DNA of 64,000 nt, from contig JBHLMN010000020.1 of assembly GCA_048938105.1 (NCBI GenBank), forward strand, positions 1 through 64,000. Direction: 5' to 3'. Source of the stretch: Promethearchaeota archaeon (GTDB taxonomy: Archaea > Asgardarchaeota > Heimdallarchaeia > Hodarchaeales > Hodarchaeaceae). The notes below the pieces were generated by a model that saw only the letters and a program-made list of their open reading frames with translations, was not told where the DNA came from and searched no databases. Below are positions 1 through 9,256 of the stretch, one piece after another; the stretch's first letter is position 1, and every line of letters begins with the position of its first letter. Both the position numbers and the translations under genes were made by a program.

Positions 1-327
1 TCTATCCTCAAACCTCAGGGTAGAATGGGACTTTTTTACTCTGCATCATGTCTCCCGAAGGAGTCTAAAGACAAACTCCATCCTGATAAAACAAAACTCG
101 CCCAAGCCTTTCAAAAACATGATTTGAACTACCAGACATTTGATTTCTCAATAGAAGAGAAAAAATTCTGGAATTACATAAAGGACTTATATGCTAAATA
201 TAAAGAGGAGATGGAGCAAGAAGGAAACTTAGCACTTCAGAAGGATCTTTATAAGGATGCTGAATATCATGCGAAAGAATATCAGGAAGGAAGAAGGAGT
301 CGACATTTGTACGTGGTTACAACCTAA
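1..327 (+). CDS. C-terminal part of a class I SAM-dependent methyltransferase (truncated by the window edge)
   Basis: The frame is open from base 1 (SILKPQGRMGLFY...). LKPQG resembles the LKPGG motif of class I methyltransferases, so the ATG at 25 is probably internal. Confidence 0.55.
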   Translation, partial: SILKPQGRMGLFYSASCLPKESKDKLHPDKTKLAQAFQKHDLNYQTFDFSIEEKKFWNYIKDLYAKYKEEMEQEGNLALQKDLYKDAEYHAKEYQEGRRSRHLYVVTT

Positions 328-604
328 AGGTTATTAAAGATCTTATGTGACTAATTTCTATATTTGCAATATGTAAATGAAATGAATTTATGCTTGATCT
401 TATTATTAATAAACAATTAAACAGACAGGAGAATGATAATGAAGAATGGTATTTTAGGATATTCTAACAGAATGGGAAGGTTGTTTAAACACTTAGAATT
501 TTCAATATTATTTATCTGGAATAGAGGAAATAATGTGATTAAAATATAATCATCACTCAAGAAACTTTGAAAGGATCTACCGAGTAATGTGATATAATCT
601 AGGG

Positions 605-1198
605 TTGGCCATGAAAAAGCAGATACAACTGTATAATCATCCTTTTCGGTTTTTTAAGAAACGAACTTACACTTTTAGAACATTTTTTAAAGATATTCTT
701 AAAATATTAGGTCACCGTCACTATATTCGTGATACTCATCAATCTAAGCGAATTTCAAAGCGATTTAGCGAACACATAATGCTTGTTGTGACAGGGATAA
801 ACGATTGTATCTATTGTGAATGGGGACATTCAAACTTCGCTTTAAGGGCGGGGAGCTCTAAACCAGAAATTGAAGCACTTTTATCACAACAATTCAGAAA
901 TTTTCCTTCCGATGAAATAGCAGCCCTCGTTTTTGCTCAACACTATGCAGAATCTTCTGGTTATCCCTCAAAAGAAGCATTAAGTAGATTAATAAAGGAA
1001 TATGGGAAGGAAAAGGGACGAGATATTATTATATTTTGTGAGATGATTACTGTTGGAAATTTACTTGGGAATTCGATATCTGCATTTTTAAGTAGGTTAA
1101 AAGGAATCCCACCTGAACATGGTTCCATTTTCTTCGAAATAATTGTCTTTTTGTGTGGAGGTTTCCTCTTCGATCGTTATATGAATCGAAACCGATAG
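605..1198 (+). CDS. AhpD/carboxymuconolactone decarboxylase family protein
   Basis: E..MLVV..INDCIYCEWGH (CxxC..H AhpD core) and E.AAL.FA helix. Confidence 0.8.
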   Translation: MAMKKQIQLYNHPFRFFKKRTYTFRTFFKDILKILGHRHYIRDTHQSKRISKRFSEHIMLVVTGINDCIYCEWGHSNFALRAGSSKPEIEALLSQQFRNFPSDEIAALVFAQHYAESSGYPSKEALSRLIKEYGKEKGRDIIIFCEMITVGNLLGNSISAFLSRLKGIPPEHGSIFFEIIVFLCGGFLFDRYMNRNR

Positions 1199-1246
1199 AT
1201 TTTGATTGGAAAAGAGGGAGAGGAATTATATATTGATGATAAAATT

Positions 1247-1390
1247 ATGGTTGAAAGACGAAATCATAAAGACTAAAAAACAAACACCAAAAACCTATTT
1301 TATAAGACTTTAAGAGGATTTACAAAGGGTAAAAAAAAGATACTTAAGCGAGTACACGTTTATGATGTTTACAATAAGTAATTTTCTGAA
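1247..1390 (+). repeat. Degenerate 144-bp copy of the promoter and 5' end of the amidohydrolase gene (other copy at 3631-3774)
   Basis: Near-identical atggttgaaagacgaaatcataaagactaaaaaac...gatacttaagcgagtacacgtttatga(t/c)gtttacaataag. In this copy the start ATG reads AAG and an AAA codon reads TAA. Confidence 0.9.
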
Positions 1391-1604
1391 AACCTAAATG
1401 AAGCTAAAAATAAAATTCAAACAATAGATCTGCTATTATTAAAAAAGAACTTAACTAACGTGTAATGTAAATTTTATGAAGTCATTTTGGAATATAACCA
1501 ACGAGAATAGTTCCTAAAAAAATTTGATTTAGGAGTGGTTTTTATTAATGCATAATAGACACACAAAAATATGTCAGAGATTGAACTAATCTTGGTGAGT
1601 AAAT

Positions 1605-3314
1605 GTGCCTCAAATAATGAAGTATGCTTCACTCCTTTCGCCGTTATTCAGATTAAAGAATTATCTGGATAGAACTATTTCTCAACCACTAAGACGTCAT
1701 TTCGCACCAAAACCTTCTGACAGTACTTATGAGCTAAGCAATTGGAATAATGAAGCAACTGTCCAGACGAAGTATGGAGGGGTTCTTGGATTTTCAGACA
1801 AAGGCACCTGGTGTTGGAAAGGAATTCCCTATGGTACACCTCCAGTAGGAGAATTGAGATGGAAAGCACCACTTGATCCTATCCCTTGGCTTGGAACTCG
1901 CAAGACAAAGAAATTCGGTAATTCTGCAGCACAAGTTATGCTTATCATGGGTCCAACAGGTTCAGAAGACTGTCTTTACCTCAATATATGGCGTCCTAAG
2001 AGTTCGGAAACTGAACTACCAGTGTATTTGTATATTCATGGGGGAGGTAATTCCATTGGGTCATCAAATACGCCAAGCTACTTTGGTAATACCGTAGCTG
2101 AACAATCGAACTTGCTATACATCTCTGTCAACTATAGACTCGGTGCTATGGGTTGGTTCAAGCATCCTGCTGTGACTGGTTCTGGTTCTCCAGAAGACCA
2201 AAGTGGGAATTATGGAACCCTAGATCTGATTAAATCCTTACAATGGGTTAGGGATAACATCAAAGCTTTTGGAGGTAACCCAAACAATGTTACAATTGCG
2301 GGTGAGTCTGGAGGAGCATTCAATGTGCTTTCACTCTTGATATCTCCCTCTGCAAAGGGACTCTTCCATCGAGCTGTTGTTGAAAGTGGTCTGACGTCAG
2401 TATGCCCTATTGAGGAAGCCAAAGCTCAGAGTGAACGACTTCTGGTTGCCTTACTTATCAAAGATCGAAAAACTGCGAATGAAGAGGAGGCTGTAAAGCA
2501 CATCAGCGAAATGCAAGATAATGAGATTAATACATATCTACGTTCGAAATCAGCCTTTACTATTACAAAGAATATTCCCACTATTGTTTTGGGAATGGCA
2601 CAATGGCGTTCTATTATTGCTGATGGGACAGTTATACCTGCAGAGGGGTATAAGGTTTTTTCATCTGGGGAATGGGCAAACAAGGTGCCAGTAATAATTG
2701 GCTGCACAAAAGATGAAATGAACCTCTTTAGTCATTTCATCAAAGATCTTACTCTGAGCTCCAGGGTTTGGCATTATCATTCAATGTTATGGCGTGCAAA
2801 CGGTGTTAATCAACCAGCTAGCGAAATGACCTCAAATAGCAACGTGCCTGTCTATGTATACAGGTTTGATTGGGGAAGCCCTGGTGATAAAGGGATCAGT
2901 GTTCTACCAAAAAACAAAGGTCAGGAGCTAGGGGCTCACCATGGCGCTGAGATACCCTTCTTCTTGGGAACAAGTGGATCAGATTTTGCCATTTTGATAG
3001 GAAAAACTCATACAGAGGATAACAGGATCGGTCGTGAAAAATTGAAAGCCTTGTGCATGAATTATCTTGCAAATTTTGCGAGAACTGGGAATCCTAATAA
3101 TGGTAACTTACCACATTGGCCTGCTTGGAACAACACTGAAGGTAAAGACAAGGTTCTTATCCTTGATGCAGATTTCAACAATTTGAGATTGTCATACACT
3201 AGTGAAAAGATCACAATCCAAGATGTTCTAGACCTTGTTATTTCAGAGTTCGAAGAACCTGAACGAGGGCAGATATTGACTATGCTTGAAGATTTAATTC
3301 CCTTTAAGGAATAG
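1605..3314 (+). CDS. Carboxylesterase type B (PnbA-like)
   Basis: KGIPYG.PP.G.LRWK, SEDCLYLNIW, HGGG oxyanion hole, GESGG nucleophile, GA.HG.E catalytic His. Confidence 0.93.
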   Translation: MPQIMKYASLLSPLFRLKNYLDRTISQPLRRHFAPKPSDSTYELSNWNNEATVQTKYGGVLGFSDKGTWCWKGIPYGTPPVGELRWKAPLDPIPWLGTRKTKKFGNSAAQVMLIMGPTGSEDCLYLNIWRPKSSETELPVYLYIHGGGNSIGSSNTPSYFGNTVAEQSNLLYISVNYRLGAMGWFKHPAVTGSGSPEDQSGNYGTLDLIKSLQWVRDNIKAFGGNPNNVTIAGESGGAFNVLSLLISPSAKGLFHRAVVESGLTSVCPIEEAKAQSERLLVALLIKDRKTANEEEAVKHISEMQDNEINTYLRSKSAFTITKNIPTIVLGMAQWRSIIADGTVIPAEGYKVFSSGEWANKVPVIIGCTKDEMNLFSHFIKDLTLSSRVWHYHSMLWRANGVNQPASEMTSNSNVPVYVYRFDWGSPGDKGISVLPKNKGQELGAHHGAEIPFFLGTSGSDFAILIGKTHTEDNRIGREKLKALCMNYLANFARTGNPNNGNLPHWPAWNNTEGKDKVLILDADFNNLRLSYTSEKITIQDVLDLVISEFEEPERGQILTMLEDLIPFKE

Positions 3315-3630
3315 ATTGGCTTCCCTGACTGAACAGAAGGAGCGTATAGGGTATAGTATAGACGAATTCAAAAGAAGGAAATGCCTCTTTCAGAACTTTC
3401 GAAATAGTCACATCTAATTAAGATTTATGCATTTTATTTCACTAAAAATACGTATTTTCAAGAAAAAGATCAAATCATAATTCCTTGAATTTATCTGGCT
3501 TTTTCCTTCTTATTATGATTTGAAAATAAAATTATATTATTTGATTGTGGTATTCAGGTTAACTACCAGTAAGTTTCAGGTATTATTTAGCAATGACGAA
3601 AGAAGGGAATCACCATTCTCATCCAAAGAA

Positions 3631-3774
3631 ATGGTTGAAAGACGAAATCATAAAGACTAAAAAACAGGCAACAAAAACCTATTTTATAAGACTTTAAGAG
3701 GGTTTACAATGGGTAAAATAAAGATACTTAAGCGAGTACACGTTTATGACGTTTACAATAAGAAATTTTCTGAA
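3631..3774 (+). repeat. Intact copy of the 144-bp duplicated segment (promoter plus first codons of the amidohydrolase)
   Basis: Direct alignment with 1247-1390. Confidence 0.9.
3682..3689 (+). promoter_or_regulatory. Putative archaeal TATA box (TTTTATAA) for a leaderless amidohydrolase transcript
   Basis: TATA-like box about 20-27 bp upstream of ATG 3709, preceded by an A-rich BRE-like stretch and retained in the duplicated copy. Confidence 0.45.
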
Positions 3775-5070
3775 CCAACTGACATACTAGTCGAAGAGGG
3801 ACATATTGCAAAAATTGGGGATATCTCACAGGATGAACAATCAACAGCAGAAATAATTGACTGTTCTGGAAAATATGCAATGCCAGGCTTGTTTGATTCA
3901 CATACTCACCTGGCAACTCTTGCTATACTTCGACCTGAAAGTAAAGCCTGGTTATTACAATCATTTCTTGATAAAGGATTTACACAAATCAGAGATGTTG
4001 GAGGACCAATTGATAATTTGAAAAATCTAACCCAAGAAATAACCAGCGGGAAACTCCAGGGACCTGACATTTTTTATTCGGGGCCCATGCTTGAAAAAAG
4101 TCCTTTACATTGGGAAATTTATAACTAATCATTACCTGGAACTACTGTCCCAGTTAATACAATAGAAGATGTTGAACAGATAGTAAAGACATTGAATGAT
4201 AATGGCGCCACATTTGCTAAAACTTTCTACAAATTTGACATTGATATCTTCAAATATCTATTTGAAAAAACCAAACAAACTGGATTACAACTTACACTTG
4301 ACCCTGGAGCAATTCTTTTTCAGTCAATCCCTGTTATAAACGGGCTGCAGTTAGGTATAAACTGCTTTGAACACTGCAATAACATTTTAGCAAGTGTTCT
4401 TCTTGATGAACAGGAAAAAGAGCATAATGAGCTCATGCATCCTGATGCTTCCCAAGAGCAGAGAATGGCTTTTATGCAGAAAATTCTTGAACAAGGGACT
4501 GATGTTGTAGATCAAAGTAAATTAAATAAGTTAATTTCGGTAATGAGCGAGAAACAAATTTATTATTGTCTTACCTTGGGATTAGCAAATCCAGAATTAA
4601 GTAATTTTGTATATACAGGTTCCTTACCAGAACTGACTGAAGAAGAGAAGAAGAATTATTCGAAAATTAACAAAGAAATAGCAAGTGTGTTTGAAGTTTC
4701 AGAAGAGGAACAGAAGCAGATGGCTAATTATCTTTCCTCTTTAGAACCCTTTACAAAGCTTTTTACTAAAGAATTAGCAAAATCAAATGTAAAAGTCATG
4801 AATGGGTATGACTTTTTCTATCCAATTCTAGCAATAAAAGAACTTGAGGTGATGCAAGAATATGGACTCTCTCCAGCACAAATACTGAATGGTGCAACTC
4901 TTTACCCAACAGAATGGTTAGGGATTACGAAAGATTATGGCGCTTTGAAAGAAGAACGTAAGGCAAATATCGTGGTTGTCAATGAAAATCCATTAGAAGA
5001 TATTAAAAACATCAAAAGAGTGCATCTTGTACTAAAAGATGGACTAGTTGTTTCAAGAGGAACGAGATAA
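3709..5070 (+). pseudogene. Metal-dependent amidohydrolase (imidazolonepropionase-like) interrupted by an in-frame TAA at 4126-4128
   Basis: N-part has MPGLFDSHTH and GFTQIRDVGG. The same frame continues after the TAA (SLPGTTVPVNT...) into ORF 4192-5070, which carries the C-terminal G.L...R.AN.VVV..NPL.DI motif. Confidence 0.82.
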
Positions 5071-5331
5071 ACTTTCTATGCCCTTCAATTGATCGGGAAT
5101 TAATTGATGCTTTAGAACGCTATGATTACACTGGTAGAGGAAAAAAATGTACAGCTTAAGTTGTAGACAATTGACGTTTGGCGAGGTTTACATGATGCTA
5201 TATAATCAATGCAATGATCTGGAAGAAAGGCGATATCAGGACAGTTCTAATTCAATTTTCTGTTCTTTTCTTTTAATATAAAGAAATAATAAAGATTTTC
5301 ATGAGAATAATCAACGAACATTTTAAAGTCA

Positions 5332-6813
5332 TTGGTACTATTAATTAAGAGAGTATCCAAGATGACGGGTATAAAAGAACACATGGCAAATGAGATCGCT
5401 ATTAATTTCGACGAGTCCTTACCCTTTAAGTCAAAAATTGCCTATGGATTATCTCAAGCTTCTAGTGGTATTCTTAGTGGTATTGCCCTCGGTTCCGCAA
5501 TCACATTTTATTATAACATTAAGTTGGGTTTAAGTGAAGAATGGATCTCTCTTGCTTGGCTTCTGTTCGCTATTTGGAACGCAATTAACGATCCTTTATT
5601 TGGTATTCTCCAAGAACGCGTCGATACAGAGATAGGCAGGCGTATCCCTGTCCTGCGCTTTGGTGCGCCGATTTATGCTCTCACATTCATCATTTGCTGG
5701 TTTCCTTTCATGGGAAACACGCAAATAGCTCTATTTTGGAACCTGTTATTGGTCCTCTTTTTAGTTGACTCCATGTTCACTATGATTGGATTAGTTCTGA
5801 CGGCGCTACCAGCTGAAATGTGCCTTACCCAAGAAGCTAGGTCTAATCTTGGCTTATATAACGTGGTTCTAGGAGCTACTGGTGGTGTATTATCGGTGGT
5901 ACTCCCGTTGATCTTGCTTACCGATGAAACTTCAACCAAGCTCAACCCTCTTTTCAAACCAATGATGGTTCTGATAGGAATAGTTGCTGGAACAATCCTG
6001 TTTTTTTCGAGTTATACTCTGATTGAAAACGAGTATGCAAGGACTGAAGAGCCACTGGGTTTTATAGAATCGATGGTCACAACGATCAAGAACAGGGAGT
6101 TTCTAGCATTCGAAGTCAGTACTTTCGCGTATACCTTGGCTTTCACGATAGTAACAGGTTCCATGACATATTTCGTACAGTACATCCTGGGGTTACATGG
6201 TCTCTTGGCTTCTTTTCCTTTACTTGCTATTTTTATCCTATTACTACTATTTAGTTTTATTGCTGATAGGATGGTGAAACGGCGTGGGTTAAAGCAGGTT
6301 TATATTGTTGGGTTGATGCTAGCAAGTGCAGGCCTGGTATTGTTATTTTTCTTTGGGAGGTGGTTGATTCCAGTGATGTTAAGTCTTGCAGTGGTTGGGA
6401 TAGGTTTCGCTCCGATTGTCTTGATATGGAATCCATTATTAGCCGATGTAATGGATTACGATGAAATATTGACTGGTAAGAGACGGGAAACAACTTATGC
6501 TGGCATGAACGCGTTGATTAGCAAACCAGCGATCTCCATCGCTAATGCACTGTTCTTGTTGATTATCAGTGGATTCGGATTTGATAACACAGAATCTATA
6601 CAAACGCAATCGGCGCTTTTTGGTATACAACTGGGATATACGTTAATTCCTGGGATATTTTTTATGATTAGTGCAATAACGTTGCTGAAATGGTATACGC
6701 TTGATGGGAAAGAATGGATCGCTAAAAAAACAGAATTGGGCAAGATACACCTGCAAAAAGAAAAAGAATACATTGCACGTCTCCAGAAAGAGGGAAAGAT
6801 TTCCAAAGGTTGA
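5332..6813 (+). CDS. MFS transporter, glycoside-pentoside-hexuronide (GPH/MelB) family
   Basis: KIAYG, WNAINDPLFG..., GRR.P, LADVMDYDE..TG.RRE and about 12 TM segments. The real start may be ATG 5362 or 5383. Confidence 0.88.
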   Translation: MVLLIKRVSKMTGIKEHMANEIAINFDESLPFKSKIAYGLSQASSGILSGIALGSAITFYYNIKLGLSEEWISLAWLLFAIWNAINDPLFGILQERVDTEIGRRIPVLRFGAPIYALTFIICWFPFMGNTQIALFWNLLLVLFLVDSMFTMIGLVLTALPAEMCLTQEARSNLGLYNVVLGATGGVLSVVLPLILLTDETSTKLNPLFKPMMVLIGIVAGTILFFSSYTLIENEYARTEEPLGFIESMVTTIKNREFLAFEVSTFAYTLAFTIVTGSMTYFVQYILGLHGLLASFPLLAIFILLLLFSFIADRMVKRRGLKQVYIVGLMLASAGLVLLFFFGRWLIPVMLSLAVVGIGFAPIVLIWNPLLADVMDYDEILTGKRRETTYAGMNALISKPAISIANALFLLIISGFGFDNTESIQTQSALFGIQLGYTLIPGIFFMISAITLLKWYTLDGKEWIAKKTELGKIHLQKEKEYIARLQKEGKISKG

Positions 6814-7007
6814 ATCACCTAAATAGCTGAATTTATATACACACTAGAATGGTTGTTGGAGGTTTCCTATTCCTTAACTAAGTATAACACACTTATTACT
6901 ATATAAAAAAGACTTTCAAAGGATTTTAATAAGTTTAATTAATTTAATTCCAACGATACTCCTAAAGTGCTGGTATTGAGAATAATTAACTATATGGGTG
7001 TAAAAAA

Positions 7008-7550
7008 GTGTCTGAAAATAATCTTACTACTGGTATGATATTTAATATTGCCATTCTTAGTTTTCTTGACAAGCCTGTTGATCATATCATTCAAGCTTTC
7101 CTCCAAAAATATCCAGATCAAATTGAAAATCAAGAAAGCCGCGTTTCATTAAATATTGTCTCAATTCTTTTTGAAACTGATCAAAGCATCGTTAGAATAA
7201 ATCTGATGCAACCCATAAGCCCATATCTAATTGATAAGCTCGCAAAAAACCATTACACCGAAAAAGAAGGAGCGATTATTCTATTTTCAAAGAGTAACGA
7301 CCATTCCTTTAAAGCTGCTAAAACGTTTTATAAAAAACTAATAAAAGAAAATGAGGATTCCCCTATCCCTATTGCTTTTGTGGAGTTATTGGAAATAGAT
7401 GAGTCGAGTCATCTAAACATCCAAGAACCTGAGATTTTAGAAGATAATCCTTACGTAGCTTATTATGGGATAACTGAAAATGCTGATGGATTTGAAGTCA
7501 TACTTCAGTTTATAATTCAAAATTATGATTCCTCTTTTCACCACTCCTAG
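7008..7550 (+). CDS. Degenerate Rab/Ras-like small GTPase-fold protein lacking the G1/G3/G4 motifs (pseudo-GTPase)
   Basis: Pattern matches the Rab fold: IFNIAIL (b1), IVRINL (b3), ..HY....GAIILFS.SN..SF...K.FY..L.......IPIAFV (a2-b4-a3-b5). GxxxxGKS, DTAG and NKxD are absent. Confidence 0.55.
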   Translation: MSENNLTTGMIFNIAILSFLDKPVDHIIQAFLQKYPDQIENQESRVSLNIVSILFETDQSIVRINLMQPISPYLIDKLAKNHYTEKEGAIILFSKSNDHSFKAAKTFYKKLIKENEDSPIPIAFVELLEIDESSHLNIQEPEILEDNPYVAYYGITENADGFEVILQFIIQNYDSSFHHS

Positions 7551-7604
7551 TTGCTTATCCAATTTGATATCGTAGAGATCTTTTAGATGAGACGGAGATA
7601 CTGA

Positions 7605-8510
7605 ATGAAACATAGTGAGAACCCATTTGTCATCATCGATAATCCATCTGAAGAAGAGATGAAAATAGTTCAGAAGGGTTTAGAGAATCATAACAAAAAG
7701 TATCCGAGTGGCGAATTAGATATCCCCACTCCTGATATCAGTTTGGTCTTGAAAGATAATAATGGAAAGATCGTTGGGGGAATAATCACAAGTATGCTAA
7801 CTGGAATCATGCACCTTGAGACTCTATGGGTAGAGGAGAGGTATCGAGGTCAAGGTTATGGTAGAGATCTTGTCTTGAAAGCTGAAAAGATTGGCAGAGA
7901 AAAGGGGTATACAGCATCACAAACATGGACTTTTTCATTTCAAGCGCCTGTGTTTTATCAAAATATTGGTTACAAGGTATTAGGAGTTTTTGATGGATAT
8001 ACTGATGGTATCACTGAATATATTCTCCTGAAGAAATTTGAATCAAACAAAGAAACACCTTATGAAGTAGATGGATCAAACAGCGGTAGGTTTACCATTT
8101 CTGAAGATGCATCTGAGGCTTCAATGAAGATTCTTAACGAAGGATTGCGTAGATACGGTAGAGAAAAAGTTGGTATGATAAGTAAGATGAATCTAGAAAT
8201 TCAGATTAAATTAGTAGTGAAGAATGAAGAGGGCCAAATTATTGGAGGATTACAGGCTTATACAATCCTTAAGGTAATCCATACTGTATGTCTCTGGATT
8301 GATGAGAAATTCCGTAATCAAGGGTATGGTAGAGAACTTTTAATGAGTGAGGAAAAAATTGCTATAGATAATAGTTGTATTTCAGGGTTATTGAATGTTT
8401 TATCGTTCCAATCCCCAGATTTCTTTCAGAAATTGGGATATGAGATCTTCGGGGTTTCTGATGGTTACGCCAATTCTATAAAAGAATATTTTCTAATAAA
8501 GAGATTCTAG
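7605..8510 (+). CDS. Tandem (two-domain) GNAT N-acetyltransferase
   Basis: Two copies of LWV/I.E.YR.QGYGR.L...E....FSFQAP.FYQ..GY...G. Confidence 0.9.
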   Translation: MKHSENPFVIIDNPSEEEMKIVQKGLENHNKKYPSGELDIPTPDISLVLKDNNGKIVGGIITSMLTGIMHLETLWVEERYRGQGYGRDLVLKAEKIGREKGYTASQTWTFSFQAPVFYQNIGYKVLGVFDGYTDGITEYILLKKFESNKETPYEVDGSNSGRFTISEDASEASMKILNEGLRRYGREKVGMISKMNLEIQIKLVVKNEEGQIIGGLQAYTILKVIHTVCLWIDEKFRNQGYGRELLMSEEKIAIDNSCISGLLNVLSFQSPDFFQKLGYEIFGVSDGYANSIKEYFLIKRF

Positions 8511-8512
8511 AC

Positions 8513-9160
8513 TTATTTCTTTTTGTTGTTATTCCTTTTTTTTTTCAAAAGAGAAATTAGTATATCCGATGCTAATTTCTCCTTAGATATTTGAATAGGT
8601 GCAATTCCAAGCTTTTTAGCGATTAATTTCAATTCATCGATCTTATAAATGCTTAGTAAGTCATGAGTTGTAATTAATCTAGCCTTTATACTATTTAAAG
8701 CTGTTCCAGCATCAAAAGAAGGCCCTTTTTGCCTACTAATGGATCTTTCTAGAATCATCATTAAATCGTTCATAAAAAGATCTTTAGTAAGCTCAAGTTT
8801 TTCAATCAAAGTATCGAAAAATAACTCCTCTAATGGCCCGAAATTATCTAATATGAAAAAAATTCCAAAGGCTCTGAATTGTCCTCTGATCTGGGAATCC
8901 TCCCAACTTCCAAAATAAATCCGAGCGACTTTTTCATAATTTGGAAGAGGTAATGTGAGGATCATGGGAGGTTTCTTGCTTTGCTGGGCTAATCCAGATG
9001 AAAAAAGATGGAAACATGGCATAAAACATTGGATTGAGATAGCATTAACATAATGAGTGATTTCTTGATTGCAATCATAAACTGTAGGACCCTTTTGTTC
9101 ATCCCAGAGTGAAAGAATCATTAAGATGTTATCGAGCTCCAATGTTAGACCCTCAGGCAT
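8513..9160 (-). CDS. uDENN/longin-like domain protein with a C-terminal HEH (Rho-N/SAP/LEM-like) domain
   Basis: N-terminal ILSLWDEQKGP and D.QIRG..RAFGIFFI resemble uDENN/longin motifs (F-D-xx-GP; D..ARG..R). C-terminal LL..YKIDELK.IAKKLGI.....SKEKLA..IL is a helix-extension-helix motif. Confidence 0.55.
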   Translation of the reverse strand: MPEGLTLELDNILMILSLWDEQKGPTVYDCNQEITHYVNAISIQCFMPCFHLFSSGLAQQSKKPPMILTLPLPNYEKVARIYFGSWEDSQIRGQFRAFGIFFILDNFGPLEELFFDTLIEKLELTKDLFMNDLMMILERSISRQKGPSFDAGTALNSIKARLITTHDLLSIYKIDELKLIAKKLGIAPIQISKEKLASDILISLLKKKRNNNKKK

Positions 9161-9256
9161 CTAAATATGTTCATAATAAAGAGCTTTAATAAGATATGAT
9201 ACTATTTTTGCCTCATTCATTCGATAAGAATTATTTTATCTCGTTGTTGGTTGAAA

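Noticed and set aside
4126-4128. Stop-codon recoding (Sec/Pyl) in the amidohydrolase
   Set aside because: The codon is TAA, not TGA or TAG, and TAA is used as a normal stop throughout the window.
5080-5250. Possible decayed gene fragment between the amidohydrolase and the MFS transporter
   Set aside because: Only short open stretches with no identifiable family motif.
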